A stretch of DNA of 64,000 nucleotides from Candidatus Aenigmatarchaeota archaeon (GCA_018920185.1 JAHLMT010000001.1:9875-73874), one strand, 5' to 3'; positions 10,460 to 20,699 are shown, counted from the first letter of the stretch. Notes: generated by a model from the sequence alone, not told the origin. Translations and numbers: made by a program.

Positions 10460-11134
10460 ATGGTAAAAATTGAAAAAACAAAGTTTTATGGAATTTTTAA
10501 AGTAGACGGAAATTTGGCAACTGTTAATTTAGTTCCTGGAGAAAAAGTCTATGGAGAAGAATTAATAAAAGAAAAAAATGTTGAATACAGATACTGGGAT
10601 TACTGGAGAAGTAAACCCGCAGCAGCTATTAAAAATGGGTTAAAGATTCTACCTTTAGAAAAAGGTATGAACATTCTTTATCTTGGTATAGCGAACGGGA
10701 CTACAGCTAGTCACTTTAGTGATATAATCGGAAAAGAAGGTTTGATATATGGTGTAGAAATTAGCGAAAGACCTTTTAGAGAATTATTGCCACTTGTAGA
10801 AAAACGCGGTAATATAGTTCCTATTTTATCCAATGCCAGAAAACCTGAAGATTATGAAGATCAAATTTTGGGGAAAGTAGATTTAGTTTATGAAGATGTT
10901 GCCACCGAAGATCAGGTTGAAATTCTGATTAGAAATTGTGAAAAATTTTTAAAGTCGGAAGGATTTGCCATTATTGCAATAAAATCACAATCGATTGATG
11001 TTACCCGACCACCTAAAGAAGTGTATGACGAGTGTTTACAAAAGCTAGAAAAACATTTTGAAATTCTAGATAAAGTTAAACTAGACCCATATGAAAAGTT
11101 CCATCTGTTTGTTGTGATGAAATCAAAAAAATAA
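10460..11134 (+). CDS. flpA: Fibrillarin rRNA/tRNA 2'-O-methyltransferase
   Basis: VYGE, RSK.AAAI, LYLGIANGTTASH, LDPYEKFH. Confidence 0.95.
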   Translation: MVKIEKTKFYGIFKVDGNLATVNLVPGEKVYGEELIKEKNVEYRYWDYWRSKPAAAIKNGLKILPLEKGMNILYLGIANGTTASHFSDIIGKEGLIYGVEISERPFRELLPLVEKRGNIVPILSNARKPEDYEDQILGKVDLVYEDVATEDQVEILIRNCEKFLKSEGFAIIAIKSQSIDVTRPPKEVYDECLQKLEKHFEILDKVKLDPYEKFHLFVVMKSKK

Positions 11135-11314
11135 TTATTTCTTCATCCGTCGTTTCAATTTTGTAATAACAAGTCTAATCCACGTCTTCGATTTCACTGA
11201 GATCACTTTCTATGAGAGCTTATGACAGCCATTCTACGATTGTTTGTTTCTGATGCAATCTAACACCTCATCTTGTGTAAAATTGCCGCATGCTGTTATA
11301 TGATCTGTTTTTAA

Positions 11315-11467
11315 TCACTTTGAGCAATTAATACATCCAACATAACCTTTCTTTTCTATCAATTCTGTTAAACTAATTTCACTGTTGCAAGCTGGACAAG
11401 ATACAGTTACCCTCGGTATATCAAGCCTTGTAAAGTTATTTATTTTGAAATCAGTACGAATTTTCAC
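11315..11467 (-). CDS. 50-aa zinc-finger microprotein (CPAC...CINC), paralog of 12278-12436
   Basis: Hand translation from GTG: MKIRTDFKINNFTRLDIPRVTVSCPACNSEISLTELIEKKGYVGCINCSK. Confidence 0.75.
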   Translation of the reverse strand: MKIRTDFKINNFTRLDIPRVTVSCPACNSEISLTELIEKKGYVGCINCSK

Positions 11468-11530
11468 ACACTCACTGATTATCACAATAAACTCAACATA
11501 TAAATACTTATCTATTCAATTAATTAACAA

Positions 11531-12049
11531 ATGTCTGAAAAAAGAGAATCTAAGAAGACAAAAGTTCAATTACAACCCAAATCTCCTTCAAAAGTTGAAC
11601 AAACGTCCATTGATGAAATTGATATGAAAATTCTTAGAATTCTTAATTGGGATGCTAGGTTATCATATCGCGAAATTGCTCGACAGACAAAATTATCGAC
11701 AGGAACTGTTATAGCAAGATTAAACAAACTCAGAAAAGAAGGTGTAATAAACGGGTATTCAGTTAACATAAATCCTAAAAAATTGGGATTTGGATTAACA
11801 GCTATAATAGAAGTGATAGCGCCTAAAATAAGTTTGATGCAAGCTATGCGAGATATAAAAGAACTGCCAAATATCCAAGGAATTTATCATTTAACAGGTG
11901 ATGTGGACATTATCATCATGGCAAAATTCAAATCTATAGAACACTTGCAAAATTTTCTTAATGAACTTTACAAGAAAGAAGATATACAAAGAACTCACAC
12001 GAGAATTGTGTTAGATACATTAAAAGAAGATTTTAGAATTATTATTTAA
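11531..12049 (+). CDS. Lrp/AsnC family transcriptional regulator
   Basis: IDEIDMKILRIL..DARLSYREIA HTH, TGDVD. Confidence 0.93.
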   Translation: MSEKRESKKTKVQLQPKSPSKVEQTSIDEIDMKILRILNWDARLSYREIARQTKLSTGTVIARLNKLRKEGVINGYSVNINPKKLGFGLTAIIEVIAPKISLMQAMRDIKELPNIQGIYHLTGDVDIIIMAKFKSIEHLQNFLNELYKKEDIQRTHTRIVLDTLKEDFRIII

Positions 12050-12174
12050 TATTCTTCTTCGTAATCACTAGGAGTTGTCCATTTTTCTTGTTCTTTTTCC
12101 AGTTTAGCTCCACATCTGCTACAGAACTCGATATTATCGGAATACTCTAATTTACAAATTCTACACAGCTTCAT
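12046..12174 (-). CDS. 42-aa zinc-ribbon microprotein
   Basis: MKLCRICKLEYSDNIEFCSRCGAKLEKEQEKWTTPSDYEEEY. Confidence 0.75.
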   Translation of the reverse strand: MKLCRICKLEYSDNIEFCSRCGAKLEKEQEKWTTPSDYEEEY

Positions 12175-12277
12175 ATCATCACATTAAAGAAGGGAAAAGT
12201 TGGAGAACTCTTTAGTTTATTATTTGTGGATCCTCCAAGGGGTTAGTTCTCCAACTTTGGTTGATCGGCCAAAAGGG

Positions 12278-12436
12278 TTATACACATTTCACACATCTTA
12301 TGTTTCCTTTCTCCTCTATAATTTCATTCAAACTAACTTCACTACTGCATGCGGGACATTCAAATGCAACTCTAGATTCTGATTGTTCTACCTTGTAAGA
12401 TTTTACTGGTGATATGGGCAATTTTTTTAAATTCAT
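12278..12436 (-). CDS. Zinc-finger microprotein (CPAC...CVKC)
   Basis: MNLKK...FECPACSSEVSLNEIIEEKGNIRCVKCV; similar to 11315-11467. Confidence 0.7.
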   Translation of the reverse strand: MNLKKLPISPVKSYKVEQSESRVAFECPACSSEVSLNEIIEEKGNIRCVKCV

Positions 12437-12621
12437 TGCTATCAGTGTTGAAAAATTAGAATGGAGTTTTATAAACATCTCCTATAACAGAATTTATAAA
12501 ATCTTTTCTATTTCTTAGAGAACCATAAAGTATATAAATAGGTTTTTATAAGAAATTTTACACTATTATAAAAATTTTCAAAGTATTTAAGTTTGTTGTA
12601 TGAAAATTTTAAAGTGAAAAT

Positions 12622-13560
12622 ATGCAAGCAACGCTAATAGAGAATAATGGAAATGTGAGAATTGCATACGATTCTTTAATTTTGGACAATCCAAAGGCAT
12701 TTTCTGCATTAAATAGCAAAGTTGCTTTAAAAATTGTTAAAGCTTTAGCTGAATCGCCAGCTTCTGCGATAGATCTTTCTAGGAAATTAAAAATACACGA
12801 ACAGAAAGTTTATTACCACATCAGACGACTTGAAAAAGCTGGGATAATTTATACTATTTCCAATGAAAGAAGACACGGGATGATTGCAAAAATTTACAGT
12901 ATTGTTTCGCCTGTGATTGCCACCAAATTATGTGAGAAAGGAGTTGAAATTAAAGAAAATACGGATTTTGGTTTAGACAAAAAAATTTTAGAATTTCTTT
13001 CCCCATTCGTGACTGATGGGAAATTGAACTCTTTTATTATAGTAGGTGACACATATTCTCACGGAAAGTTCGATAAAGGTTCCGACGAATTAAACTACAT
13101 GGTAGAACTATTAATGTTTTTTGGCAAGTTTGATGGATGGTCAAATGAAACATACAGTAAATTAGATACAAAAGTTAAAGATAACGAATTAAAAAATAAT
13201 CTTATACTAATTGGTAATAACAAAACTAATTCTATAATAGAAAAGATAAACTCAAAATTACCAGCTTATTTTGATGATACAGGAAAAGAGGCTTTAACTT
13301 CTAAAATAACTAATACAACTTACTCTGACCCAAGGATAGGCGTTATTATTAAAACAAAGAATCCATTCAACCACGATAAATCAATATTGGTAATAGGAGG
13401 TATAGGGAGAAGAGGGGCACAATCGGCAACATTGGCACTAACAAAATATCGAAATATGTTTGTAGAAAGTATTAAAAACTCTGATAATATTGTAAAAGTA
13501 GTTAGAGGATTCGACGCAGATTCAGATGATATAATAGATACAATAAAAATTTTGGAGTGA
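12622..13560 (+). CDS. ArsR-like wHTH regulator fused to an S-layer-C-like domain
   Basis: HEQKVYYHIRRLEKAG HTH; NLILIG..N, KNPFN..LVIGG motif. Confidence 0.7.
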   Translation: MQATLIENNGNVRIAYDSLILDNPKAFSALNSKVALKIVKALAESPASAIDLSRKLKIHEQKVYYHIRRLEKAGIIYTISNERRHGMIAKIYSIVSPVIATKLCEKGVEIKENTDFGLDKKILEFLSPFVTDGKLNSFIIVGDTYSHGKFDKGSDELNYMVELLMFFGKFDGWSNETYSKLDTKVKDNELKNNLILIGNNKTNSIIEKINSKLPAYFDDTGKEALTSKITNTTYSDPRIGVIIKTKNPFNHDKSILVIGGIGRRGAQSATLALTKYRNMFVESIKNSDNIVKVVRGFDADSDDIIDTIKILE

Positions 13561-13983
13561 TTAAATGATAATAAAAATAAAAACAGATATACCTCAGAGT
13601 CCAAAATAAGGAAAGCAGCAGAAAAGATTCATTTTCTTAAAGAAAGATATCACGTACAAGGTAAGATTCCTGTCTATTTACCTGGGCATGGCGCAGAACG
13701 AGACTGGAAATCTGGCGTCGATAGGGTTTTGCGGAATATTTAGCTTAATTTATATCCAGTTGTTGTTTCTCAAGAAGACTTAACTAGACCGGTGGATACA
13801 AGGCACCATCATCAAATAGCATAAAAAAACTCAAAATAAAAGGAACAGAGTTCGGCATTACTTTTGATACCTCAAGTAAAGGTTTCATAGAAATATATAA
13901 TCAAATAATACCCGCAAGTTCTAGCTTAGCTGGTATACAAACTCTAAATAAAAAGAAAGGGGAGGAAAAATAAAATAAAAACT

Positions 13984-14106
13984 TCACAACCTGTTATATG
14001 GTACGATACATCCTATTACATTAGTTTTACTGATAAAGTTCAACCGAATCTTTCTCAATCCTCTATCAAGGATATACGTCTTACTTACAGTGGCTATTTC
14101 TTCCAT
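13984..14106 (-). CDS. 40-aa hypothetical protein
   Basis: ATG preceded by strong AAGGAGGG; MEEIATVSKTYILDRGLRKIRLNFISKTNVIGCIVPYNRL. Confidence 0.55.
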   Translation of the reverse strand: MEEIATVSKTYILDRGLRKIRLNFISKTNVIGCIVPYNRL

Positions 14107-14120
14107 TTTTATCCCTCCTT

Positions 14121-14318
14121 TCAAAAGTGTCTAATCACAGCCCTTTTATTGTAGTATGTTGTGTAAAAGTTAGGCAACCTTGTTTGTTTCTGACTTATAA
14201 TAGAAGCGTCTAAGAAACTCCCACAACATTGTTTACAGAAAATTCTTCTTGAACCAAAACCATCAATAAATCTTATCATTCTAAATGAACCACATCTGAA
14301 ACATTTCATCCTCGGCAC
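14121..14318 (-). CDS. Small zinc-ribbon protein
   Basis: CFRCGS...FCKQC. Confidence 0.65.
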   Translation of the reverse strand: MPRMKCFRCGSFRMIRFIDGFGSRRIFCKQCCGSFLDASIISQKQTRLPNFYTTYYNKRAVIRHF

Positions 14319-14544
14319 CTAAAGAGAATTAGTTAATTGGATATACGTGACTTTCGGAGGGGTTCATTTCCCACATCTTTTGAAAAGAAGATAATATAGA
14401 TCTTCTTTCGAGTTTTTCTGTCTTAAATTATCATATTAGTGTTTAAAATTCTTTTATTTAACCTCTTAATCTATCAGAAGGTCTGGATGACTTTTACCCT
14501 ATGTATAACTACCAACAGTAATTTTCCCATCCTAATTTCTAGGA

Positions 14545-15645
14545 TTAACTTAGCAATTTTAAATTTCTCAAAAACTTATTCAAATACTTTGCAGGGAATC
14601 TGCATCCTGCAGCTTGTGTATGCCCGCCACCGTTAGAATCGGGTATATCCTTAATAGTGTTAATAGCTAACTCATTCAAATCAACAATACAAACTTTACC
14701 TCTCCTAAAGCTTACATCAATATACTTTCCAGATTTCTGATATATCACAAGAATTTCACTCGTTAGTCTTTTAGCAAGATAGGTAGCCAACGGAGATTTC
14801 ATGTTATATCTTGACTTAACTTCATACAAAATTATTTTCTTAATTTGCTTTTTCTTTTTCTCAAAATCTTTTATCAATCGATTAAATTCCTTGTCAGCTA
14901 CAGAAAACCACTCTAACAATTTTTTAGCTCCAGATTTTCCTTTCAGAACTTCATGATAGTTTTTTGCTTTAATCAATATATCAAGTGCGGCAACGGATCC
15001 TTCGACACCATTAACAACTCGCGCACTATCAAATATTTTCGCAAGTTTGCCAAGTAGAGAATTATCAAATAATATCTCATCTATATTTTGATTATTATCA
15101 ACAAGCTCTTTTTTGTTTGATTTGATATTTTCAAACAAATCATTACAGTTCTTTAATCCCATATCTGATAAAGTTCCTATACCAGCAATCCAAAGAATCT
15201 CTTTTGTATCTAAATACTTCTCATAAATCTTGTAGCAAAGATATGTTGTAGGCAAGTAAATTTCTTTATTGAAAACTCTTGGATTAACATAAGTTATCAA
15301 TACATAACCTTTCGGCACATGATGGTCTATAATCATTACTTGTGAGGTATTTCTAAGCTCTGTAAGAATACTTACATTTACATCGGATATATCAACTATA
15401 ATTACATAATTTGGTTTGAGTTTTTTAATTTTGTCTAAAACATCTTCTGTTACTGAAGAATTCGATCCAGATACTACTAGATTTGATTCGATTTTGTAGA
15501 TGGTTTTTAATAATCTATAGATTATTGCAGCCGAACAAATACTGTCATTATCGTGACCGTGAATTATTGAAACTTTATCCCCAGGTTTAATTCTTTCTAA
15601 AAATTTCACAGCAGGGATTATCACATTTTCAACAATTTCTTCCAT
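14545..15645 (-). CDS. DHH family phosphoesterase (RecJ-like)
   Basis: HDNDS, IVD, IDHH, GGGHTQAAG. Confidence 0.9.
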   Translation of the reverse strand: MEEIVENVIIPAVKFLERIKPGDKVSIIHGHDNDSICSAAIIYRLLKTIYKIESNLVVSGSNSSVTEDVLDKIKKLKPNYVIIVDISDVNVSILTELRNTSQVMIIDHHVPKGYVLITYVNPRVFNKEIYLPTTYLCYKIYEKYLDTKEILWIAGIGTLSDMGLKNCNDLFENIKSNKKELVDNNQNIDEILFDNSLLGKLAKIFDSARVVNGVEGSVAALDILIKAKNYHEVLKGKSGAKKLLEWFSVADKEFNRLIKDFEKKKKQIKKIILYEVKSRYNMKSPLATYLAKRLTSEILVIYQKSGKYIDVSFRRGKVCIVDLNELAINTIKDIPDSNGGGHTQAAGCRFPAKYLNKFLRNLKLLS

Positions 15646-15688
15646 CCAATCAACTACTGTTTAATTTTATAAATACTAATTCAAAACC

Positions 15689-16147
15689 ATGAAGGTTTAC
15701 ATAATAGTTCCACTTGCACACAGATTTGACGAGAGTACAAGAGAAGAGTTTATCAAGCTAGTAAATCTTGTAGATTCAATATTAAAAGAATTCAAATTTT
15801 CCACTTACATAACATATAGGGATTTCCTTCAGTGGGGGAGAATTACATACAATCCCAATACAGTTTTCGAAAAACTTGAACTCGAATTAAAAACTTCTGA
15901 TTTGGTTGTAGCTTTAAATCCAAACGAAGGAATTGGGAGTAACATCACTCTTGGTATAGCAGCCACTTTAAAGAAATTTATAATTATTTTATTAAATAAA
16001 GAATTTGATATAAGTTCTTTACCAGGTAAGATGTACCAAGGGTTTAATAAAATAACAAAATGTGAAATTTTAGTCTATAGTGATGTAGACGATCTTAAGA
16101 AAAAATTACGAAAAACGATAAGAGAATTTTTAAAATCACGAAAGTAA
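15689..16147 (+). CDS. Nucleoside 2-deoxyribosyltransferase-like protein (divergent)
   Basis: MKVYI..PL, SDLVVA, G....LG.A pattern; the usual catalytic Glu is not evident. Confidence 0.55.
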   Translation: MKVYIIVPLAHRFDESTREEFIKLVNLVDSILKEFKFSTYITYRDFLQWGRITYNPNTVFEKLELELKTSDLVVALNPNEGIGSNITLGIAATLKKFIIILLNKEFDISSLPGKMYQGFNKITKCEILVYSDVDDLKKKLRKTIREFLKSRK

Positions 16148-16148
16148 T

Positions 16149-16763
16149 TCAGTCCTTTTCTTCCTTCATTTTTTCAAAAGTTTCTTTGTCTAAAACAATA
16201 ATAGGCATTTGTGATTTCTTTTGCTTAGTGCTTGTGAAAAATTCAGTCAATGACGTCAGGGTGTCAACATAATGTAATATCAAAGCTTCCAAACTTTTCG
16301 GTGGTGTACGTTCACCTTGTGTTGCAGCTACTATATGAATAACATCTTCAGGAAATCCTCTTGCGTAGAGTTCGCTTATGCCAAGAAAGACGTGATCTAA
16401 AATTATACCTGTAGGTACAGGATCTCCTTCTTCGTCTATTTTCCATTCATAAACTTTCATAATATCATGAAGTAGAGAACCAGCAATTAGAACATCTCTA
16501 TCAACTCTCAATCCGTAATTTTTCTCGAAGGTATCTGCAATCTTTAAACACAGTTCAGTATTAGTAGCAGTGTGATTGACAACTTCTCTGATAGCAACCC
16601 CCACATCACCAACAGAAAAAAGCGTTCTAACCTTTTCGATATCTTCTCTAGGGTATTTCTGAAATTGTGGATTGGACAATTTAGGATTTTTAATTAAATC
16701 AATTACCTTTTCTCTTAACTCTTTGTTTTCAATTTTATTCGCCAATTCTAATAGTTTTTGCAT
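16149..16763 (-). CDS. HD-domain phosphohydrolase
   Basis: NHT, LLHDIMK, DH, ILHYVD. Confidence 0.85.
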   Translation of the reverse strand: MQKLLELANKIENKELREKVIDLIKNPKLSNPQFQKYPREDIEKVRTLFSVGDVGVAIREVVNHTATNTELCLKIADTFEKNYGLRVDRDVLIAGSLLHDIMKVYEWKIDEEGDPVPTGIILDHVFLGISELYARGFPEDVIHIVAATQGERTPPKSLEALILHYVDTLTSLTEFFTSTKQKKSQMPIIVLDKETFEKMKEEKD

Positions 16764-16799
16764 AAAGTTTGTTATTCAATAAAGTTTTTAAATATAATA

Positions 16800-17099
16800 T
16801 TATCCAAATAATGAACTTAACCCAGCTGCAGCCTCTTCAGCTTTCTTAGCTTCTTCTTCTCCAGATTTTTCCTCTTTTTTCTCATGAGATGCGGTAGGTT
16901 GGGCAGTAAAAGAAACAGCTTCCTTCAAAGCTTCATCAATATTAACCCCAGATAAAGATGCGACAAGAGCCTTAATTTTAGCATCGTCAACATTTGCGCC
17001 AGCAGTCGACAAAATCTTCTTTACATTATCTTCATTAATCTGTTGCCCACTTTCGTGCAATATCAATGCAGCATAAATCTCTTGCATTTTATCCACCAA
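16800..17099 (-). CDS. rpl12: Ribosomal stalk protein P1 (aL12)
   Basis: EIYAALILH, C-terminal AAAGLSSLFG. Confidence 0.95.
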   Translation of the reverse strand: MVDKMQEIYAALILHESGQQINEDNVKKILSTAGANVDDAKIKALVASLSGVNIDEALKEAVSFTAQPTASHEKKEEKSGEEEAKKAEEAAAGLSSLFG

Positions 17100-17829
17100 C
17101 TCTCTTCTCCAGTGCTTTTCCTCTCTGATATGCTTTAGTTAACAAATATTTAATGTTTTCCTTTGTAGGATAATTAATAGCAATAGAAAGATTTAAAGCT
17201 TGATTAAATGCTTCTTTCAACTTCTGTAGATATACTTCAACCAATTCTAGAGTTTCTTTAGGATATATTGTTCCATCAAAGAGCATCTCAACATTTAATT
17301 TTATATCAGCAATTTTCATCTTTAACTTTCTTAAGACACTAGCAATTTCTTTTGTGACTTCCTGACCTTTCTTAAGAATTGTTGATTGTTTTTTAACAGC
17401 AATTTTTCCACCCTCAACCCCAGCAACAATCCCGACTTTGTGCAACTCGCTAATAGCAGGCCCGGGTAATAAATCAGTCGGTCCAGGTTGGACAACTACA
17501 TCTTCATTAACAACATAACCTTCTTTTGCATAAGTTTTAAATTTCATCCCATTTACTTCTTTGAAAAATTCAAACACATCCATATTAGTAAAAACAAGAG
17601 CAGGTTGCTTGGACAGATACTTCACTAGATCCTTACCTGTTTCTTTCATAGCAATTTCTACTAAAGTTTTTTTACTTACTTTTATCAACGCTTTATCACC
17701 AAGAGATTTTTTAATTAATTGCATTTCTCTCGTCGGCATTTTCATCATGTTGACTACTCCAATAACTTTATAATTTCTTAAAAGATTCTTCAGCTCGTTC
17801 AATTCCTTTTCTTTCTTTTCAGTTGTCAT
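17089..17829 (-). CDS. rpl10: Ribosomal protein uL10 (P0), short C-terminus
   Basis: PGPT...PGP, ALNLSIAINYPTKENI. Confidence 0.92.
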   Translation of the reverse strand: MTTEKKEKELNELKNLLRNYKVIGVVNMMKMPTREMQLIKKSLGDKALIKVSKKTLVEIAMKETGKDLVKYLSKQPALVFTNMDVFEFFKEVNGMKFKTYAKEGYVVNEDVVVQPGPTDLLPGPAISELHKVGIVAGVEGGKIAVKKQSTILKKGQEVTKEIASVLRKLKMKIADIKLNVEMLFDGTIYPKETLELVEVYLQKLKEAFNQALNLSIAINYPTKENIKYLLTKAYQRGKALEKRVGG

Positions 17830-18440
17830 AACACCACCCTCACAGGTTTGCTCATCGTGAGCTTAAGCAAAACCTTGCCAATATTTTGTCTTCCTTTTGG
17901 AAGTTTAGTTTCTAAAAATTTTAGCACAGATTCGACATTTTCGGCAATCTTCCGAGTCTCCATCGACTCTTTACCAACAATGCATTGAATTACTGGTGCA
18001 TTTTTAACGACAATCCTTACACTCTTCTTATAATTCTCAACCATCTTTTCTGCTTCGTCGCTAATAATTTTTGGCATCTTACCTCTGGGTGCAAGTATCT
18101 GTCCTAATAATCTCCCTATTAATGGCATCAACGATGCTTCGGACAAAAAGAAATCGGTGTCTTTAGCCATCCTTTTAGCTTCTTTTTTATTGCTGGCAAT
18201 TCTTTGTATATCAGATGAAGTTAAAATGTTACATCCCAAGTCATTTAAGTTATCAGAAAATACTACAACTACAGCATCTTCTCCCCTACCATGTGGCAAA
18301 ACTAAATCCTCCGAGAACTTACTTTCTGGTTTCTTCAAATCTATTCCTTTGAGAGAGACAATCAAATCAACACTCTGTATAAAGTTTCTTTTCTCGCTTT
18401 TCTTCAGTTCATTCAACGTATTTTCAATCTGTTCTAACAT
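17826..18440 (-). CDS. rpl1: Ribosomal protein uL1
   Basis: RNFIQSVDL, LPHGRG, LAPRGKMP, KLTMSKP; start MLEQIE. Confidence 0.95.
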   Translation of the reverse strand: MLEQIENTLNELKKSEKRNFIQSVDLIVSLKGIDLKKPESKFSEDLVLPHGRGEDAVVVVFSDNLNDLGCNILTSSDIQRIASNKKEAKRMAKDTDFFLSEASLMPLIGRLLGQILAPRGKMPKIISDEAEKMVENYKKSVRIVVKNAPVIQCIVGKESMETRKIAENVESVLKFLETKLPKGRQNIGKVLLKLTMSKPVRVVL

Positions 18441-18517
18441 CCAACCCTCCTGCCTAAGCAGTCTAACGGGACATTCCAACTATGACTTTTATATTTAAAT
18501 ATGTTAAAATACTTTAT

Positions 18518-18820
18518 ATGGCGTTCTTTGATGTTGCTACTGTAAACTTAGCAGTGGCGATATTTGTAGTGGTTGCTTTAGCCGAATTCGCCAAATATAG
18601 ACAAACATGACCACACGCTTTCAGACTGTTGGCATCTGCAGGTTTATTATTTCTAGTCGCGGGTGTATTTACTCTACCAGATGTCTTTGGACTTTCTGTA
18701 AATACAATAATCAGTAACATTGCACAATTCCTTGGTGAAATAGTTTCACTAGTAGCGCTAGTATTTCTCGTGTGGGATTCTCTGAAAGATTGGAAAAAAA
18801 GATTTGAGGATGTGAGCTAA
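18518..18820 (+). pseudogene. Three-TM membrane protein interrupted by one in-frame TGA (18608-18610)
   Basis: ATG 18518 is in frame with the 18629 ORF; MAFFDVATVNLAVAIFVVVALAEFAKYRQT*PHAFRLLASAGLLFLVAG... Confidence 0.65.
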
Positions 18821-18896
18821 AGCAAGAAATTTTGATTTTGTCAGTCGTTTCTATACTTTATAAGGCTTAAATTTATATAGAATTAACTGTGATAGA

Positions 18897-19469
18897 ATGG
18901 GAAAGCAAAAAATAAGAGTAAAAGATTTAGAAAAAGAGGCGGAGCCAAAAGAAGAGAAGAAAAAACCAGAGATTAAGAAGGAGTTAGCCCCCCAGCTAGT
19001 TATTCGTGTAGCCGGTACTGATCTCGATGGTACCAAACCCGTTATCAGAGCTCTGAGGAAGATAAAAGGAATAGGATTTGCCATGAGTAATGCAATCTGT
19101 AGTGCTGCCAAAATAAATCCTTCGACAAAATTATCGGATTTAACTGAAGATCAGATTTCAAACCTAGAAAAAATAATTAAAAATCCTGTGAACTTTGGTA
19201 TACCACCTTTCCTAGTAAATAGAAGAAGAGATATGGCAACTGGAAATGACATACATTTAACAAGTTCTGATTTGGATATAACTAAAAAATTTGATATACA
19301 AAGATATGTTGACTTAAGAACTTATCGTGGTTGGAGACATATGTTAGGACAACCTGTCAGAGGGCAAGAAACAAGAAGCTCCTTCAGACAGAGAGGAGTA
19401 ACTGTTGGAGTTATGAAAAAATCGGCCTTACAAAAACAGACAGAAGCCGCTAAAGAAAAACAAAAGTGA
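18897..19469 (+). CDS. rps13: Ribosomal protein uS13
   Basis: IRVAGTDLDG, YRGWRH..GQPVRGQ.TRS. Confidence 0.96.
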   Translation: MGKQKIRVKDLEKEAEPKEEKKKPEIKKELAPQLVIRVAGTDLDGTKPVIRALRKIKGIGFAMSNAICSAAKINPSTKLSDLTEDQISNLEKIIKNPVNFGIPPFLVNRRRDMATGNDIHLTSSDLDITKKFDIQRYVDLRTYRGWRHMLGQPVRGQETRSSFRQRGVTVGVMKKSALQKQTEAAKEKQK

Positions 19470-19473
19470 TTAA

Positions 19474-19971
19474 ATGAAGAGACAAAGGAAAAAATATGAG
19501 ACTCCTTATCGACCATGGGATAAGGAAAGAATAGAAACAGAGAAAAAACTGTTGAAAGATTTCGGACTGAAGAGAAAAAGAGAAATTTGGAGAGCAGAAG
19601 GATTATTAAGAAAATACAGAAGACTGGCTCGTGAGCTGATTAGTAAGCAAGACAAAGAAAAAGAAAAAATTTTGATAGGAAAATTATCTAAACTTGGTAT
19701 ACTCACCAAAGAAGCAACTCTAGATGATGTCCTTGGTCTTACAGTCGAAGATTTTCTAAACAGAAGACTACAAACTATACTTTTTAAACAGAATTTAGCT
19801 AACACACCTAAACAAGCAAGACAATTTATTACTCATGGACATGTTTTTATTGGTGATAGGAAAATTACTTACCCAAGTTACCTAGTACCGGTAGAGGAAG
19901 AAAATAAAATTACTGTAAAGATAACTCCACTTAGAAGTTCAAAAGGTGAGACAGATGGAACAACAAACTAG
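19474..19971 (+). CDS. rps4: Ribosomal protein uS4
   Basis: [20 protein letters not shown]. Confidence 0.96.
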   Translation: MKRQRKKYETPYRPWDKERIETEKKLLKDFGLKRKREIWRAEGLLRKYRRLARELISKQDKEKEKILIGKLSKLGILTKEATLDDVLGLTVEDFLNRRLQTILFKQNLANTPKQARQFITHGHVFIGDRKITYPSYLVPVEEENKITVKITPLRSSKGETDGTTN

Positions 19972-20359
19972 AAAAGAAGAAAGATGGGGAATAGCACATA
20001 TCTACAGTACTGCAAACAACACAATAGTGCACATAACTGACATTACGGGCAGTGAAACCATAGCACGGTTTTCAGGAGGGATGATGACTGATAAGGATAG
20101 GGAACAAGGAATGCCGTTTCCAGCTATGCTCGCAGCACGAAAAGCTGGAGAGATGGCGCTAGAAAAGGGGATAACTGGTGTACATATAAGAGTAAGAGCA
20201 AGAGGATCTCAATATAGCAAGTCACCAGGTATGGGAGCTCAACCTGCAATTAGAAGCCTGGCGCGTGTAGGATTAAAAATCGGCACGATAGAAGATGTGA
20301 CACCTATAACCCATGGAGAATTAAGAAAGAAAGGCGGCAGGCTTGGGAGGCGTGTCTGA
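19955..20359 (+). CDS. rps11: Ribosomal protein uS11
   Basis: [27 protein letters not shown]. Confidence 0.96.
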   Translation: MEQQTRKEERWGIAHIYSTANNTIVHITDITGSETIARFSGGMMTDKDREQGMPFPAMLAARKAGEMALEKGITGVHIRVRARGSQYSKSPGMGAQPAIRSLARVGLKIGTIEDVTPITHGELRKKGGRLGRRV

Positions 20360-20480
20360 GCTGTTTTAGACCTTCTTAACAAAAAATAAGCCTTATTTTG
20401 ACTTTCCAAAGCGATGTGACCGGCCAGACAACCAAAAACTTTATATCCCCCTACCTCTAATTCCCATATAAGGCGATTCC

Positions 20481-20699
20481 ATGGGGGTATCTCAACTGTT
20501 CAAAGATATAAGTAAGATGGGAATCTTGATTAGCTTTCTTGCTGCGCTCGCATACGAGTTCACTGGAGCAAATTCCTTGAAAGTGATTTCTATAGTCACA
20601 GGACTACTGTCATTGATAATCTTATCATCTTATCTCTCCCAGACTAAAGGCATAAGCAAAGCTAGAGATATTTTAGTGTTTCTCAGATTACTAAAGTAA
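20481..20699 (+). CDS. Small membrane protein inserted between rps11 and rpoD
   Basis: ATG ORF with two hydrophobic segments and an upstream TTTATA. Confidence 0.5.
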   Translation: MGVSQLFKDISKMGILISFLAALAYEFTGANSLKVISIVTGLLSLIILSSYLSQTKGISKARDILVFLRLLK

